From an uncultured Acidobacteriota bacterium (GTDB lineage Bacteria > Acidobacteriota > JAQAZP01), in NCBI GenBank assembly GCA_963836075.1, contig CAWIIB010000009.1, forward strand, positions 3,008,001 through 3,072,000: 64,000 bases of DNA. Reading direction: 5' to 3'. The notes beneath the pieces were generated by a model. That model did not search any database, was not told where the DNA came from, and saw only the letters and a program-made list of their open reading frames with translations. Position 1 is the first letter of the stretch. Every line of letters begins with the position of its first letter. This document shows, piece by piece, positions 19,003 to 29,857 of this stretch. The translations under genes and the position numbers were made by a program.

Positions 19003-19161
19003 CCGTGGTGGTCCGGGTTCGGCCGCCGGGGCGGCCAGATTGAAGCGCAGCAAGATGGTCCCCTGGAGGGTAACGGCGGCTCGCCCGGCCCGTCAACCCG
19101 CAGGGGGTCATGCAGCGGCTCGATGTGGTATATTCTCTTGATTTTTCCGGAGGGTAATGTC

Positions 19162-19863
19162 ATGCCGGCCAAACCTGAGGCGTTCACCCGCGGCGGACAG
19201 CGCTGGACGAGGATGCGCTTCAAAGGCAACAAGGTTTACGTCCAGGTGGACGACCAGGGCCGCCCGCAGGAGGAGAACGGGCGGGTCAGGATCTGCTACC
19301 GCCATGATGACGGCCGCGAATACCAGGCCTCGGCGTCGAAGATCCGGGACCTGGACGACGAGACCGTCGATGACGGTGACCAGCGCCGGGCATCTGCCGC
19401 AGTCCCGGTGGAGGCCTCCGCGCCGGCCGCCGACCCGGTCCTGGAGGATCTCGAGGCGATCGTGGTTTATACTGACGGCGCCTGCAGCGGCAACCCGGGG
19501 CCGGCGGGCATCGGCGCCCTGCTCCGCTTCCAGGGCCGCGAACGGGAGATTTCGGAGAGCATCGGCCAGGCCACCAACAACATTGCCGAGCTGAAAGCGG
19601 TTCAGGCGGCGCTCCGGGCGATCCGCAACCGGGACCTTCCGGTCATCCTCTACACCGACAGCGAGTATGTCCGCGGGCTGCTGGCCCACGGCTGGAAGGC
19701 GAAGAAGAACACCGAGCTGGTGAACGAGATCCGGGCTCTGGCCCGCCACTTCCGGCAGCTGACCATCCGCTGGGTGGAGGGCCACGCCGGCAACGAGGAC
19801 AACGAGCGGGTGGACCGGCTGGCCCGCCAGGGGTTGCGCAAGGCCAGGGGGGGAGGCCGCTGA
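19162..19863 (+). CDS. rnhA: Ribonuclease HI with N-terminal extension domain
   Basis: YTDGACSGNPGPAG, TNNIAEL, TDSEY, WV.GHAG...NERVDRLA. Confidence 0.9.
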   Translation: MPAKPEAFTRGGQRWTRMRFKGNKVYVQVDDQGRPQEENGRVRICYRHDDGREYQASASKIRDLDDETVDDGDQRRASAAVPVEASAPAADPVLEDLEAIVVYTDGACSGNPGPAGIGALLRFQGREREISESIGQATNNIAELKAVQAALRAIRNRDLPVILYTDSEYVRGLLAHGWKAKKNTELVNEIRALARHFRQLTIRWVEGHAGNEDNERVDRLARQGLRKARGGGR

Positions 19864-20918
19864 ATGGAGAACCGGTCTTCAGCGCCGGGTCCGGCTTTTC
19901 TCCGGCTGGCCGGCACCGCTGATGCCAAGGTCCGGCTGGAAGCGGCCCGGGCCATGTCCCGCAACTGTGTGCTCTGCCCGCGGCGTTGCGAGGTGGACCG
20001 CAGCGCCGGGTCGCGGGGGTTCTGCAACGTCGGTCCGCTGGCGGTGGTGGCCCGCAGCCTGCCCCACTTCGGCGAGGAGCCGCCGATCAGCGGCAGTTCC
20101 GGGGCGGGGATCATCTTTCTCGAAGGCTGTACCCTGCGCTGCGGCTACTGCCAGAATCACCAGATCAGCCGTGGCGGGTCGGGCCCCGGGCTGGAGCCGG
20201 ACCAGCTGGCGGGGGTGATGCTCGACCTGCAGGCCGCCGGGTGCCACAATATCGAATGGGCGTCACCCACCCAGTCGGTGCCGGCGTTGGTGGAGGCCCT
20301 GCTGCTGGCTGCCGCCCGGGGGCTGCACCTGCCGGTGGTCTACAATAGTGGCGGCTTTGATTCACCGGAGGCGCTGGCCCTCCTCGACGGCCTGGTGGAT
20401 GTCTACCTGCCGGACATGAAGTACTCCACGGCAGAGACGGCCCTGCGGCTCTCCGGACGCAGCGATTACGTGGAGGCCAACCGCCTGGCCGTGGCCGAGA
20501 TGTTCCGCCAGACGGGACCGCCGATGATGGACCGGCGGGGACTGATCAGCCGGGGGACCATTGTCCGCCACCTGGTGCTGCCCGGGCTGCTGGACGAAAC
20601 CTACGACGTGCTGGCCTGGCTGGCCGAGGAGGTATCGCTGGCGGCGGGATTGAGTATCATGTCCCAGTACGTCCCGCTGGGTGGGCGGGACGGCAGCGCG
20701 GGGGGGAGGGTACGGGCAACGGCTCGGCCGGGCCGGACCGGAGGTTGACCCCCGACGAATACAGGACATGTCTGCAGTGGGCGGAGCGTCTCGGTTTCGA
20801 GATGATCTGGGCCCAGTCGATGCCCGACCCCGGCGAGATGGATCACTACCTGCCGGATTTCAGCCGGGAGGAACCCTTCGGGTTTTTCCCCGAGGAGTCA
20901 ATATCAGGGAGAGAATGA
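19864..20918 (+). CDS. PflX-like radical SAM protein, frameshifted in the G-run at ~20700-20706
   Basis: CVLCPRRC, HFGEEPPISG, GCTLRCGYCQN, YLPDMKY, RHLVLPG; typical C-terminus (RRLTPDEY...YLPDF) continues in the -1 frame to TGA 20916-20918. Confidence 0.8.
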
Positions 20919-20922
20919 CGGG

Positions 20923-22164
20923 ATGAACCAAACAGAGATCAGGTCAACGAGACGTTGGGGCAGGTATGGCGGGGTGCGGATGCTGTTCACCGTATCCCTG
21001 ATCACATGGGCGCTGAGCATCGGCGCCGTGACGGCCCAGGAAACCCCCTTTGAATCGCAAAATCCCTTCGAGACATCAGGAGAGCGCCCGATCCGCCTTT
21101 TTGGTGAAAACGGACCTCCTGCCCCGTACCCCCCGGCGGGAGCCGGCGACACCGTTCTCTGGAGCGGGGTGGCGGAGAACCGGGAGAGTCCCGTTGACGG
21201 CCTCGACGCCGGTGACTTCACCTGTGAGGTGGACGGAAAAAAGCGGGAGATCTCCTGGTTTTCCCGGCGCCCGGCGGGAGGAACCGCCGAGGGGACCGCC
21301 GGCAAGGAGGAAGGTTTTTCCGCCCCGGGCTGGTATGTGGCGCTCTTCGACCTGACCATCGCCGATCCCCTGATGATGAAAGAGGCCGGGGATAAGCTGA
21401 TGGAGGCCATCGGGGCCCGTCTGGACCAGGACGAGCAGGTGGCGGTGGTCTTCTTCGACGGGCGGGTCAATGTTGTCGCGCCGTTCACCCGCGACCCGGC
21501 CGTGATTCGGGCCGCCCTGGAACAGCTCCCCGATCACTCGGTCTACAGCGTCCACGATTTTTTCGGCAGGCGGGTCAAGGTCTCTGCCCGGGGCGATACC
21601 AAAATCACCTCCACCCTCGACAAGTCGGATGACACGGCCCAGCACAACTTTGCCGCCTACCGCTTTTTCACCGAGCTCCGCCGTCTGGCCCTGGAACTGG
21701 GCAAGGCTCCGGGACGAAAACAGGTGATGCTGTTTTCCGGCGGGTTCAACCGCAAGTGGCTGGCCAAGGAAGACGTGGCCTACCTGAGGATGGTGGATGC
21801 CATGTGCCGGGCCACGGCCGTTGTCTACACCTACAACGCGGTGAGTGAGGCCTACCTCGACCGTATCCTCGAGGAGGAGGGGATCCGCCGCAAGAAGGTG
21901 GAAAAGGCCGGCGGCACTGAATTGAGATACGCCGACAAGTTCCTGGTGGAGCTGGCAGAATCCACCGGCGCGCTCTCCTGGGCCGCGGATGAGAAAGATG
22001 GAACGGAGGAGATCGTCCAGACCCTGTTCCGTGACGGGCGGCACCACTACCTGCTCGGCTTTACGCGGGGGACCGGGACGCGGACCGGTGGCTTTCTCCC
22101 CTGCCAGGCGCGGGCTGACGGGGCGGCGGAGGTTCGCGGCCCGCTCGGTTTCTACGACAACTGA
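20923..22164 (+). CDS. Secreted acidobacterial-type VWA-domain protein
   Basis: PVDGLDAGDF...DGK; VAVVFF; FTRDP; GRKQVMLFSGG; LAESTGA; YLLGF. Confidence 0.72.
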   Translation: MNQTEIRSTRRWGRYGGVRMLFTVSLITWALSIGAVTAQETPFESQNPFETSGERPIRLFGENGPPAPYPPAGAGDTVLWSGVAENRESPVDGLDAGDFTCEVDGKKREISWFSRRPAGGTAEGTAGKEEGFSAPGWYVALFDLTIADPLMMKEAGDKLMEAIGARLDQDEQVAVVFFDGRVNVVAPFTRDPAVIRAALEQLPDHSVYSVHDFFGRRVKVSARGDTKITSTLDKSDDTAQHNFAAYRFFTELRRLALELGKAPGRKQVMLFSGGFNRKWLAKEDVAYLRMVDAMCRATAVVYTYNAVSEAYLDRILEEEGIRRKKVEKAGGTELRYADKFLVELAESTGALSWAADEKDGTEEIVQTLFRDGRHHYLLGFTRGTGTRTGGFLPCQARADGAAEVRGPLGFYDN

Positions 22165-22188
22165 CGATCCGTCGGATGGTCCTTTCCC

Positions 22189-24330
22189 ATGGCTTCTGAC
22201 CGCGGACAGCCCCTGCTCTTTATCGTTGCCACCGTCCTGGTGGCGATCTGTCTGGGGGCGGCGGTGCGGGTGGTCTCCGCGGACGGTGCGCACCAAACGC
22301 CGGAACCCGCCGTCACCGGGGACGACCTGCTGCTCGACTTCACCGGCCGGGCTGTTTCGGCCGCGGTTCCCTGGCACGTGGCGGGGAGCACGGACAGTGT
22401 GCGGCACACCGCCCGGGGGTTGCTGGTCGTTTCCAGCACCGCCGACGACCCGCCACGGCTGGTCCTCGAGCTGGGTGCCCCAAAGGAGAGCTTCAGTACC
22501 CTGGAAGTGACCATGGCGCTGAACAAGGGGGCCAGCGGAAGCGTCTGGGGCAGCCGCTATGCCGGCGAAAGACCGCCCGCGGACCAGCACTGGAGTTTTC
22601 CGCTGGAACCGGGCCAGGGCGTCCGGACCTACAGGGTGAACCTCGAGGCCGGGCAGCTCCGGGGCGCGCCACTCCACTCGTTGAACATCCAGTTGACCGA
22701 CGCACCGGTGCGGGCGGTGGTGCGTCAGGTCCGGCTGCTGCGGACCGCCGGCTGGAGGAGTTACATCAGGTGCCGATCGGGCCTGGAGAGCACGGTGGTG
22801 CTGGGCGGCATCGGGGTGTCCGCGGTAGTGGCCCCGGAATCCGGAGGGCTGACCCTGGACGTCGACCTGCCGGCCCACCGTCCGCTCCTGCAGTTGGCAA
22901 CCGCCATTCACCCGATGCAGAAGATGCTCGGGCGGCCGGGTACCGGGTTCCGGGCCCGGCTGGTGCCGCTGGACGGGCCGGATGCCGGTGAGGAGCACGC
23001 CGAGGTGGTATTCCAGCGGCAGGTGGATCCCACCGACCCGGATCAGCGGCGATGGTTCTTTGACCAGGCCGACCTCTCGGCGTGGGCCGGCCGCCGGGTG
23101 CGGCTCGTCCTGGACGCTTTGACCTGGCGCCGTGAGGGCGAGGGCCCTGAACGCCTGCTCCCCGGTCGTCCGCAGTGGGCCATGCCGCTCTGGGGGCCGG
23201 TGATGATTTCGGGTGGCGCCGCGGACGGCGCTCCACCGTCCACCGGGATGGTGCTGGTGCTGCTGGACGGGGTGGGGCAGAGCGAACTGGGGTGCTATGG
23301 CGACCCCGGAGGGTTCCCCGCGGTGAGCCGCTACCTAGGCGGGGCGGCCAATCTGCGATCCGCCTACCTCGTGGAATATGGCCGCCACCGTTTCTTCCAG
23401 ACTCTGTTCGGGGCCGATTATTTCACCCCGGGCCAGAGCCTGGTGACGCAGCTCCGCGGCCGGGGGGTCCGGACGGCGGCTTTTTACAGCGGCGGCACGG
23501 CCGAGCAACTGCTGCGCGACGAGCGCCTGCAGGCGGGGTTCCAGCTGATCGGCCGCAGTGAATTCGAACTCGGTCTGCCGCCCGCCGCGGGAGATGAGTG
23601 GTCAGCGTCGAACCCGCTGTTTGCTCTTCCCGGACCTCTCAGCTGGCTGCGGCAGTTGGGCCGCGAACCATTCTTCCTGGTGGTCCACCTCGGTGCCGGC
23701 GGGTCGAAGGTCTCGGCCCGGGCGGATCGCCTGGCCGCCATCGACGGTGCCATCGGCCGGCTGGCCGCCCTGTTGGACGCCCAGGGCCGCCTCCACGACA
23801 CGGTGATCTGTCTGGCCGGCCTCCGCGGTCCGGTGCGGGAGGCGCGGGTCGACCGGGGCTGCCGGTTGTGGGATGAATCGGCGCTGATTCCGTTGCTGGT
23901 CAGTGCACCCGGCGGTCTGCCCGGGGCGCCGGGCCGGGACCGGATCTTCCGTTCCATCGACATCCTGCCCACCCTGTGCGGTCTGGCCGGGTTGGAGATG
24001 GATACCGGCAACGGGGCCGGCCTTTCCCTTGCCCCCTGGTTGCGCGGCGAGGAGGCCGGAGCGTGGCCCGTGGATGAGGTCTATATCTCTCAGCGCCGGG
24101 AGGGCCGCCGCTACCTCGGGCTGCGGCGCGGGCCGATCAAACTGATCTGGCGAGTGGAGCCGCTGGCCCAGGCGGCCTGCTACGATCTGGACGCCGACCC
24201 CGGTGAACGGGTGGACATCTCGCCGTCCGGCCTGTTCAATCAGCCGCTGTTCAGCGCTGACCCGCTGGGGCCGCAGCTCTACACCCAGATGGTCCGCCGG
24301 CTGGAAGCGCACTTCGGCCCCAGACCATGA
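22189..24330 (+). CDS. Sulfatase-fold protein, apparently degenerate
   Basis: C-terminal PFFLVVHL, IDGAIG, IPLLV, IDILPTL, YDLDADPGE; no CxPxR formylglycine motif. Confidence 0.6.
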   Translation: MASDRGQPLLFIVATVLVAICLGAAVRVVSADGAHQTPEPAVTGDDLLLDFTGRAVSAAVPWHVAGSTDSVRHTARGLLVVSSTADDPPRLVLELGAPKESFSTLEVTMALNKGASGSVWGSRYAGERPPADQHWSFPLEPGQGVRTYRVNLEAGQLRGAPLHSLNIQLTDAPVRAVVRQVRLLRTAGWRSYIRCRSGLESTVVLGGIGVSAVVAPESGGLTLDVDLPAHRPLLQLATAIHPMQKMLGRPGTGFRARLVPLDGPDAGEEHAEVVFQRQVDPTDPDQRRWFFDQADLSAWAGRRVRLVLDALTWRREGEGPERLLPGRPQWAMPLWGPVMISGGAADGAPPSTGMVLVLLDGVGQSELGCYGDPGGFPAVSRYLGGAANLRSAYLVEYGRHRFFQTLFGADYFTPGQSLVTQLRGRGVRTAAFYSGGTAEQLLRDERLQAGFQLIGRSEFELGLPPAAGDEWSASNPLFALPGPLSWLRQLGREPFFLVVHLGAGGSKVSARADRLAAIDGAIGRLAALLDAQGRLHDTVICLAGLRGPVREARVDRGCRLWDESALIPLLVSAPGGLPGAPGRDRIFRSIDILPTLCGLAGLEMDTGNGAGLSLAPWLRGEEAGAWPVDEVYISQRREGRRYLGLRRGPIKLIWRVEPLAQAACYDLDADPGERVDISPSGLFNQPLFSADPLGPQLYTQMVRRLEAHFGPRP

Positions 24331-25361
24331 ACGATTCCGGGAAACAGCCCGGCGATGGGACAGGCGGCAGGCAGACGCGGCTGGCCGTGAGCCGGGAGAA
24401 GGTCCGCCGGGACCTGGCCCGTCTGCTGGGAGACCAGCGGGCCGATCGACTGCTGGAGCACCGGAACCTCCCCCCCGGTGATGCACCGGAGTTGCTGGGT
24501 GACCGCCGCCTCTCGGACGAAACGCTCCGCTTCCTCTTCAGCCTGCCGGGCTGGAACACCGACTATCCGGTGAAGGCGGCCATGTCCCTGCATCCGCGCT
24601 GCCCGCTGTCTCTGCTGCGGATCCTGATCAACTCGCTGCGGCTGGCCGACCTGGTCCAGGTGATGACCAGCCGGGATATCCCCCGTGCCGGGAGCCGGAT
24701 GGCCGCGGACCTGTTTGGCAAACGGCTACCCGAAACGGCCCTGGGCCGCAAGATTCAGCTTTCGCGCACCGGCGGCCGTCTGGTGCATGAGCAACTGCTG
24801 CGGGACCCCGACCCCCGGGTGCTGGCGTTTCTGCTGGACGGGCCGCTGCTCACCGAGGGGGACCTGGTGAAACTGCTCCGCGACCCGAAAACCACCGCGG
24901 AAAAAGTCGGGCTGGTGGCCGGGTCGGAACGCTGGAGACCCCGCTACCAGATACGTCTGGAACTGGCCCGGCACCGGTTCACCGGGGAGGAGGAGCGGAG
25001 CGGGGCGGCTTCGGGTCTCCTGATCCAGGACCTTCAGGCTCTGCTGGACGACCGAAACCTCTCCCCTGAGACCCAACGATTGCTATATACTATTTTGCGC
25101 GACCGAATCGAGGACCAGTCCGACGAGGAGCAATTGGCCCTGGCCCGCAGCAGGCCGGGGCGGCATACGGTGAATCTGCTGCTGGGTGGTTGCCGGGAGG
25201 CGGTGATTCTGGAACTGCTGCAGCGCAGGCAGCTGGAGCCGGCCCAGTGTCAGGCGCTGGCCAACGACCCGCACTGTCCGGCTGCTGTTCTCGAAACACT
25301 GGCCCGCATGGAGGATATCCCTGGGGTGGTCAAGAGGATTCCTGACAATTCCGATAAGTAA
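24327..25361 (+). CDS. Hypothetical helical-repeat (leucine-rich-repeat variant-like) protein
   Basis: Repeated Y.[VI]..L..[HN]P..P-like units; codon usage fits the genome; overlaps the upstream gene. Confidence 0.5.
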   Translation: MNDSGKQPGDGTGGRQTRLAVSREKVRRDLARLLGDQRADRLLEHRNLPPGDAPELLGDRRLSDETLRFLFSLPGWNTDYPVKAAMSLHPRCPLSLLRILINSLRLADLVQVMTSRDIPRAGSRMAADLFGKRLPETALGRKIQLSRTGGRLVHEQLLRDPDPRVLAFLLDGPLLTEGDLVKLLRDPKTTAEKVGLVAGSERWRPRYQIRLELARHRFTGEEERSGAASGLLIQDLQALLDDRNLSPETQRLLYTILRDRIEDQSDEEQLALARSRPGRHTVNLLLGGCREAVILELLQRRQLEPAQCQALANDPHCPAAVLETLARMEDIPGVVKRIPDNSDK

Positions 25362-25421
25362 GCACAGTGATCATAACGTACATCGGGAACGGCGACACCG
25401 GTCAATGGAGGATCTGCTTCG

Positions 25422-25809
25422 ATGAGTGGGAATGAAACGAACTACAGCGAACGCCGCAAGCACCCCCGCGTGGAGATGATGCATAGCGTGGGCGGCGAAG
25501 TTCAGGCCGTGGTTGCCTCCTCGATCATCAATCTCAGTGTCAGCGGCACGTTGGTGGAGCTGCCCTGCCGCCTCAATCCCGGTGGCCTGTATGAGATCAA
25601 TGTGAGTTTTGCCGACCGTGTGATCAGTACCGGTGGCCCAGGTGATCCGCAGCTACGTGCACTCGGTGGGTCATACCGAGAGCGGTACGTCCACTCTGCT
25701 CTACCGGGCCGGCCTGGTCTTCAACAAGCTGGACGACGAGGACCGGGACTTTCTCGAAAAATTCATCGCCCAGAACCTGGAGGGTGAGGAAGGTTTCGAG
25801 ATCCCCTGA
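25422..25809 (+). CDS. PilZ-domain (c-di-GMP-binding) protein with +1 frameshift near 25630
   Basis: ERRKHPR and NLSVSG motifs; shifted frame gives VAQVIRS...YRAGLVF..LDDEDRDFLEKFI, ending TGA 25807-25809. Confidence 0.78.
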
Positions 25810-25845
25810 TTATTCGGGCGAGCCTTTCAGCTCAGGACCCCGTTC

Positions 25846-28440
25846 ATGCAGCGCCTGCTCAAGCGGATCTCTCATCTTTGCTGGACCCGCCCTGCCGCGG
25901 TGCTCTGCGGTGTCGCCCTGACCACTCTTGTCCTGGCCGTGGCCGCCCTGGTTTCCCTGCGGCTGGACACCGACATCGCCCAGCTGATGCCCGAGCGTTC
26001 CCGGGCCTCCCTCGACCTCCAGGCCTGCCTCGATGCCTTCGGGGCCGATGACCGGCTGCTCATCGCCCTCGGTCCGGTAAGCGACCAGGTGTCGGGCGAT
26101 TCTTCCGAGCTGCTCTATGCCCTGGCCGACGAGGTGGTGGCGGAGCTGTCCGGGTCCGGCTGCTTTCACCAGGTGGATTGCGGTCCGGGTCCCGACTTCA
26201 CCACCCAGTTCGCCGGCCACTTCCTGCCCCACGTCTTCCAGATTCTGCCGCCGGAGAGTTCCCGTCACCTGCTTCCCGGGCTGGCCCCCGGGGAAGTCAG
26301 GCGGGCGGTGCACCGGGCCCGGCTCAGGCTGACGGGCGGGTCACCGGAGATGCTCAAGCAACTGGTGCGGGTGGACCCGCTGGACTTCGCCTCCCGGCTG
26401 GATGACCTGCGCCGGGAGCAGCCCCGGGAGCGGGCCGAGCTGGGCCCGGGCAGCATGGATCTGGAGTCGGGGGACGGCTACCTGCTCTCCGGGGACCGCC
26501 GCCGGGTGCTGATCGTCGGCTATCCCACGGGCCGGGCACTGGACACGGGCTTTGCCCGCCGGCTGCTGGATACCACGAAAGCGGCCGTGGAACGCTGCCG
26601 CACTGAGCTGGCCGCCGAGGAAGAGATTCCCGCGCTGGCGCAGCTCCCCGCGGAATACGGCGGCGGGTATCTCTTTGCTCTCGAGGATGAGGCGAACACC
26701 AAAAAGGACGTCAAGATCACCCTGGTGGGATCGCTTCTCGCCCTGCTGATCCTGATGTCCTACGCCTACCGGCGGCCCCGGCTGGTGCTGATCATCGGCC
26801 TGCCGCTGTTCACCGGCGGCGTCTGGACCCTCGGGCTCACCGGTCTGTTCCTCGGACGGCTGAACATGATCTCCCTCGGCTTCGGGGCGATCCTCTTCGG
26901 CCTGGGCATGGACTTCAGCATCCACCTGCTGAACCGGCTCCTCGATCTCCTCGAGGAGGGGAAAGCACCGGCCGAGGCCCTGGACTGCGGTCTGGCCGAG
27001 ACCGGGACGGCGATCCTCGGCAGCGGCCTGACCACCTCGGCGGCCTTCTTCTCCCTGGTGGTCTGCGGCCTGCCCGGCCTCAAGGAACTGGGCATCATCA
27101 CCGGTCTCGGCGTGCTGGCCACCATGATCGCCGTGCTCTTTACCCTGCCCGCAGTGATCGCCCTGGTCTGCCGCCGGCACGGCGGCAGCAGTCTGCCCGA
27201 CAGCTGGTTCCCCCGCCGCCGGCCGACCTTTGGCGCCCCGCTGCTGGCCCGGCTGGTCACCGGCCACCCTGGAAAAACCCTCGTCGTTGCGTCGGCCCTG
27301 ACCGTCCTGCTCTTCCTGCTCCCCGGCGGCCCGCTCCGCTTCGACCTCGACCTGCACAACCTTCGGCCCGCCGGCTCCGAGGCAGCGGCTGGCCAGGAGC
27401 ATTTCGAGCAGTCATTCGGCCGGGGCCTGGGCGAGCCGCTGATGGTGATGCTGGAAGGGCCGGATGCCGATTCCCTCCTCGCCACCGCGGAGGACGTGAT
27501 CACCGTGCTGGGGAACATCGAGGGAACGCTGCGCCCCAGCATGGTGGAGAGCGCCACCGACTGGCTGCCCTCGCTGCGCAGGCAGGATCAGAATCTCAAG
27601 ATACTGGAGGGCATCGATCTCGCGGCCACGGCAACAGCACTGGCCGCTGCCGGCGAAACCCACGGGTTCGCCCCGGATGCTTTTGCCCCGTTCCAGCGCT
27701 CTCTGGACCACCTGATCCGGGGGGATCCGGAGTGGCTCAGGCCCGGACTGTTGGCGCCGGCGCTGGAGGAGATGCTGGCCCTGCGCTACCTGCGGCCGGC
27801 AGCGGAAGGGCAGGGGCTGGCCCTGGCCTTCTACCTCTTCCCCGGCGAGCACCGCTGGAACGACGATGAGCTGCTGCAGCTGCGCCGCACGGTGGACCTG
27901 GCCGCCGTGGGAGTGAAGGTACCGCGTCTCGCTTCGCTCTCCCTGCTGATGGCCGAGTTCAAGACCACCGTGGGGCAGCGATTCACCGAGGCCCTGGGGC
28001 TCTCGCTGCTGCTGGTGGTGGTCATTCTCCTGCTGCAGTTCCGCCGGCCGCTGCGCGTGCTGCTCACCCTGGTGCCGCTCGGTGCGGCCCTGCTCTGGAC
28101 CGCTGGCCTGCTCCGTCTCGGCGGCGCGCCGGTGCAGTTCATCGGCGCCATGGCCATCCCGCTGATTGTCGGTATCGGCATCGACGACGGCATCCACATG
28201 GTCAACCGTCTGCGCTCCCTGGTCCCCGGTGAAGACCTCGCCCCGGCGGTGGCCGCCATGGGCCGCTCGGTGATCCTCACCACCCTGACCACCGTGGCCG
28301 GTTTCGGCTCGCTGGCCCTGGCCGAGATGCCGGGACTGGCCGGCCTGGGCCGTATCGCCGTCATCGGCGTCCTGTTCTGCCTCGCCGCCACCCTGCTTCT
28401 GCTGCCGGCCCTGGTGGCGCTCAAGCGGAAGTTTTCCTGA
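25846..28440 (+). CDS. MMPL/RND-family lipid exporter
   Basis: Two repeats with GLGMDFSIHL and GIGIDDGIHM; about 12 TM segments. Confidence 0.85.
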   Translation: MQRLLKRISHLCWTRPAAVLCGVALTTLVLAVAALVSLRLDTDIAQLMPERSRASLDLQACLDAFGADDRLLIALGPVSDQVSGDSSELLYALADEVVAELSGSGCFHQVDCGPGPDFTTQFAGHFLPHVFQILPPESSRHLLPGLAPGEVRRAVHRARLRLTGGSPEMLKQLVRVDPLDFASRLDDLRREQPRERAELGPGSMDLESGDGYLLSGDRRRVLIVGYPTGRALDTGFARRLLDTTKAAVERCRTELAAEEEIPALAQLPAEYGGGYLFALEDEANTKKDVKITLVGSLLALLILMSYAYRRPRLVLIIGLPLFTGGVWTLGLTGLFLGRLNMISLGFGAILFGLGMDFSIHLLNRLLDLLEEGKAPAEALDCGLAETGTAILGSGLTTSAAFFSLVVCGLPGLKELGIITGLGVLATMIAVLFTLPAVIALVCRRHGGSSLPDSWFPRRRPTFGAPLLARLVTGHPGKTLVVASALTVLLFLLPGGPLRFDLDLHNLRPAGSEAAAGQEHFEQSFGRGLGEPLMVMLEGPDADSLLATAEDVITVLGNIEGTLRPSMVESATDWLPSLRRQDQNLKILEGIDLAATATALAAAGETHGFAPDAFAPFQRSLDHLIRGDPEWLRPGLLAPALEEMLALRYLRPAAEGQGLALAFYLFPGEHRWNDDELLQLRRTVDLAAVGVKVPRLASLSLLMAEFKTTVGQRFTEALGLSLLLVVVILLLQFRRPLRVLLTLVPLGAALLWTAGLLRLGGAPVQFIGAMAIPLIVGIGIDDGIHMVNRLRSLVPGEDLAPAVAAMGRSVILTTLTTVAGFGSLALAEMPGLAGLGRIAVIGVLFCLAATLLLLPALVALKRKFS

Positions 28441-28575
28441 TCATCGCGCTGAACGTCCCTCCCTTTTGCTCATGAATTTTCCGGTTTTTGCCGATTACTA
28501 AAAATAATGCAGTAAGAACGCGGCACGACTGTTGTTGTCAGGCTGGATCGGAGCACCGGGGAGGAATTGGCTGGT

Positions 28576-29802
28576 ATGAGCTGGGACGGCACATGTTGGT
28601 CGGGTTCGCTGGGCGATGGCCTGTACCCGCCGATGATCATCAGCCGAATCTACCTCGATCAGATGACCGGCGATCTGCGTTTGAGCACACTCTCTTCCTA
28701 CTACATCCTTCACTTCGAACAGGGAAGCCTGGTGGACTGCACCTCGGGCAATCCGGCGGCGGACACCCCCCCCCGGCAGGCGGTCAGCGATCTGTTCAAC
28801 TGGGACGATGGCTGGTATTCATTCACGGAGTCCCCTGCGGGCCAGACGGCTGAGACGTCAAACTGTCGTGCCACGGCGGAGATAATCCTCGACGGGGTGA
28901 GGGAGATAGAAAACCTCACACTGGTGGAGCAGGCGTTGGGACATGCCGCAGGTCTGGTCTCGCCGGTGGAGACACCGCCGGATATCACCATCTTTGATTT
29001 TTCCATGGTGGAGGGCTTTCTGCTCTCGCGGCTGGAGGGTTCCAGTTCGGTGCAGGATCTCTGCCTGGTCAGTCCGGTCACCAGGCCGGAGACCCTCCTT
29101 GGCCTCTACGTCCTGCTCTGTACCGGAATGGTGGAAACCACGGCTCTTCCGCCTCCGCAGGATGGGGCGGCAATCCCCGGTCCCTCGGAGGAGCGGTCCC
29201 CGGAACCGATCGCTCCCCAGTTGTTGATGCCGTCCGCTCCCGCAATTGAGATGAAGAGCATCCCTGAAAAGCAGACGCTGGGCGTTCCCTCAAACAGAAA
29301 CTGGCGGGATGAAGCTGCCGCGGTTTACGGGAAAGCGCTGCCCGAGAGGGAATCGAGTGGCGTCCTGAAAGGAAGTGAGCCGGAGGGACCAGAGGACATG
29401 GCCCGGTATCACTTCGAACAAGGGCTCGAACATTTCACCAGAGAGGATTTCCACAGTGCGGTCCAGCTGTTCCGGCTGGCGGTCAAGATCGACGACCAGA
29501 AGGCCGAGTATCACCGGCACCTGGCGCTGGCCCTTTCCCGCAATCCGCTGTGGAGCCGGCGGGCCGAAGAGGCATTGCGGCGGGCGGTGGAACTGGAGCC
29601 GAAACATGCCGAGACCCACTACTTCCTCGGGCGGATCTACCTCGACTCGGGGATGCCGGCACGGGCGGTCGAACACTTTGAGAGGTCACTGCAGATCGAC
29701 CCTGAACTGGAACCGGCGCGGCTGGAGCTGCTGGTGATGAAAGATCCGGCTCCGGAAAAGAAGAGGGAGCCGGTGCCCGTTTCCCTGTTCGACGGGAAGT
29801 AG
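28576..29802 (+). CDS. DUF4388 (PATAN-like) plus TPR protein
   Basis: TGDLRL...HFEQG...LFNWDDGWYSF...IILDGVR; three C-terminal TPRs. Confidence 0.72.
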   Translation: MSWDGTCWSGSLGDGLYPPMIISRIYLDQMTGDLRLSTLSSYYILHFEQGSLVDCTSGNPAADTPPRQAVSDLFNWDDGWYSFTESPAGQTAETSNCRATAEIILDGVREIENLTLVEQALGHAAGLVSPVETPPDITIFDFSMVEGFLLSRLEGSSSVQDLCLVSPVTRPETLLGLYVLLCTGMVETTALPPPQDGAAIPGPSEERSPEPIAPQLLMPSAPAIEMKSIPEKQTLGVPSNRNWRDEAAAVYGKALPERESSGVLKGSEPEGPEDMARYHFEQGLEHFTREDFHSAVQLFRLAVKIDDQKAEYHRHLALALSRNPLWSRRAEEALRRAVELEPKHAETHYFLGRIYLDSGMPARAVEHFERSLQIDPELEPARLELLVMKDPAPEKKREPVPVSLFDGK

Positions 29803-29810
29803 AAGGAAAA

Positions 29811-29843
29811 AAGGGGCCGGCCGCTGTTCACGGCACGGCCCCT
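29811..29843. terminator. Probable terminator between convergent genes
   Basis: AGGGGCCG...CGGCCCCT imperfect stem with an upstream A-run. Confidence 0.55.
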
Positions 29844-29857
29844 GGACTGTTTGACGA

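Noticed and set aside
21076-22998. Long antisense ORFs (also 37054-38829, 41211-43199, 52383-54134)
   Set aside because: Shadow ORFs typical of high-GC DNA, opposite well-supported genes and without recognisable motifs.
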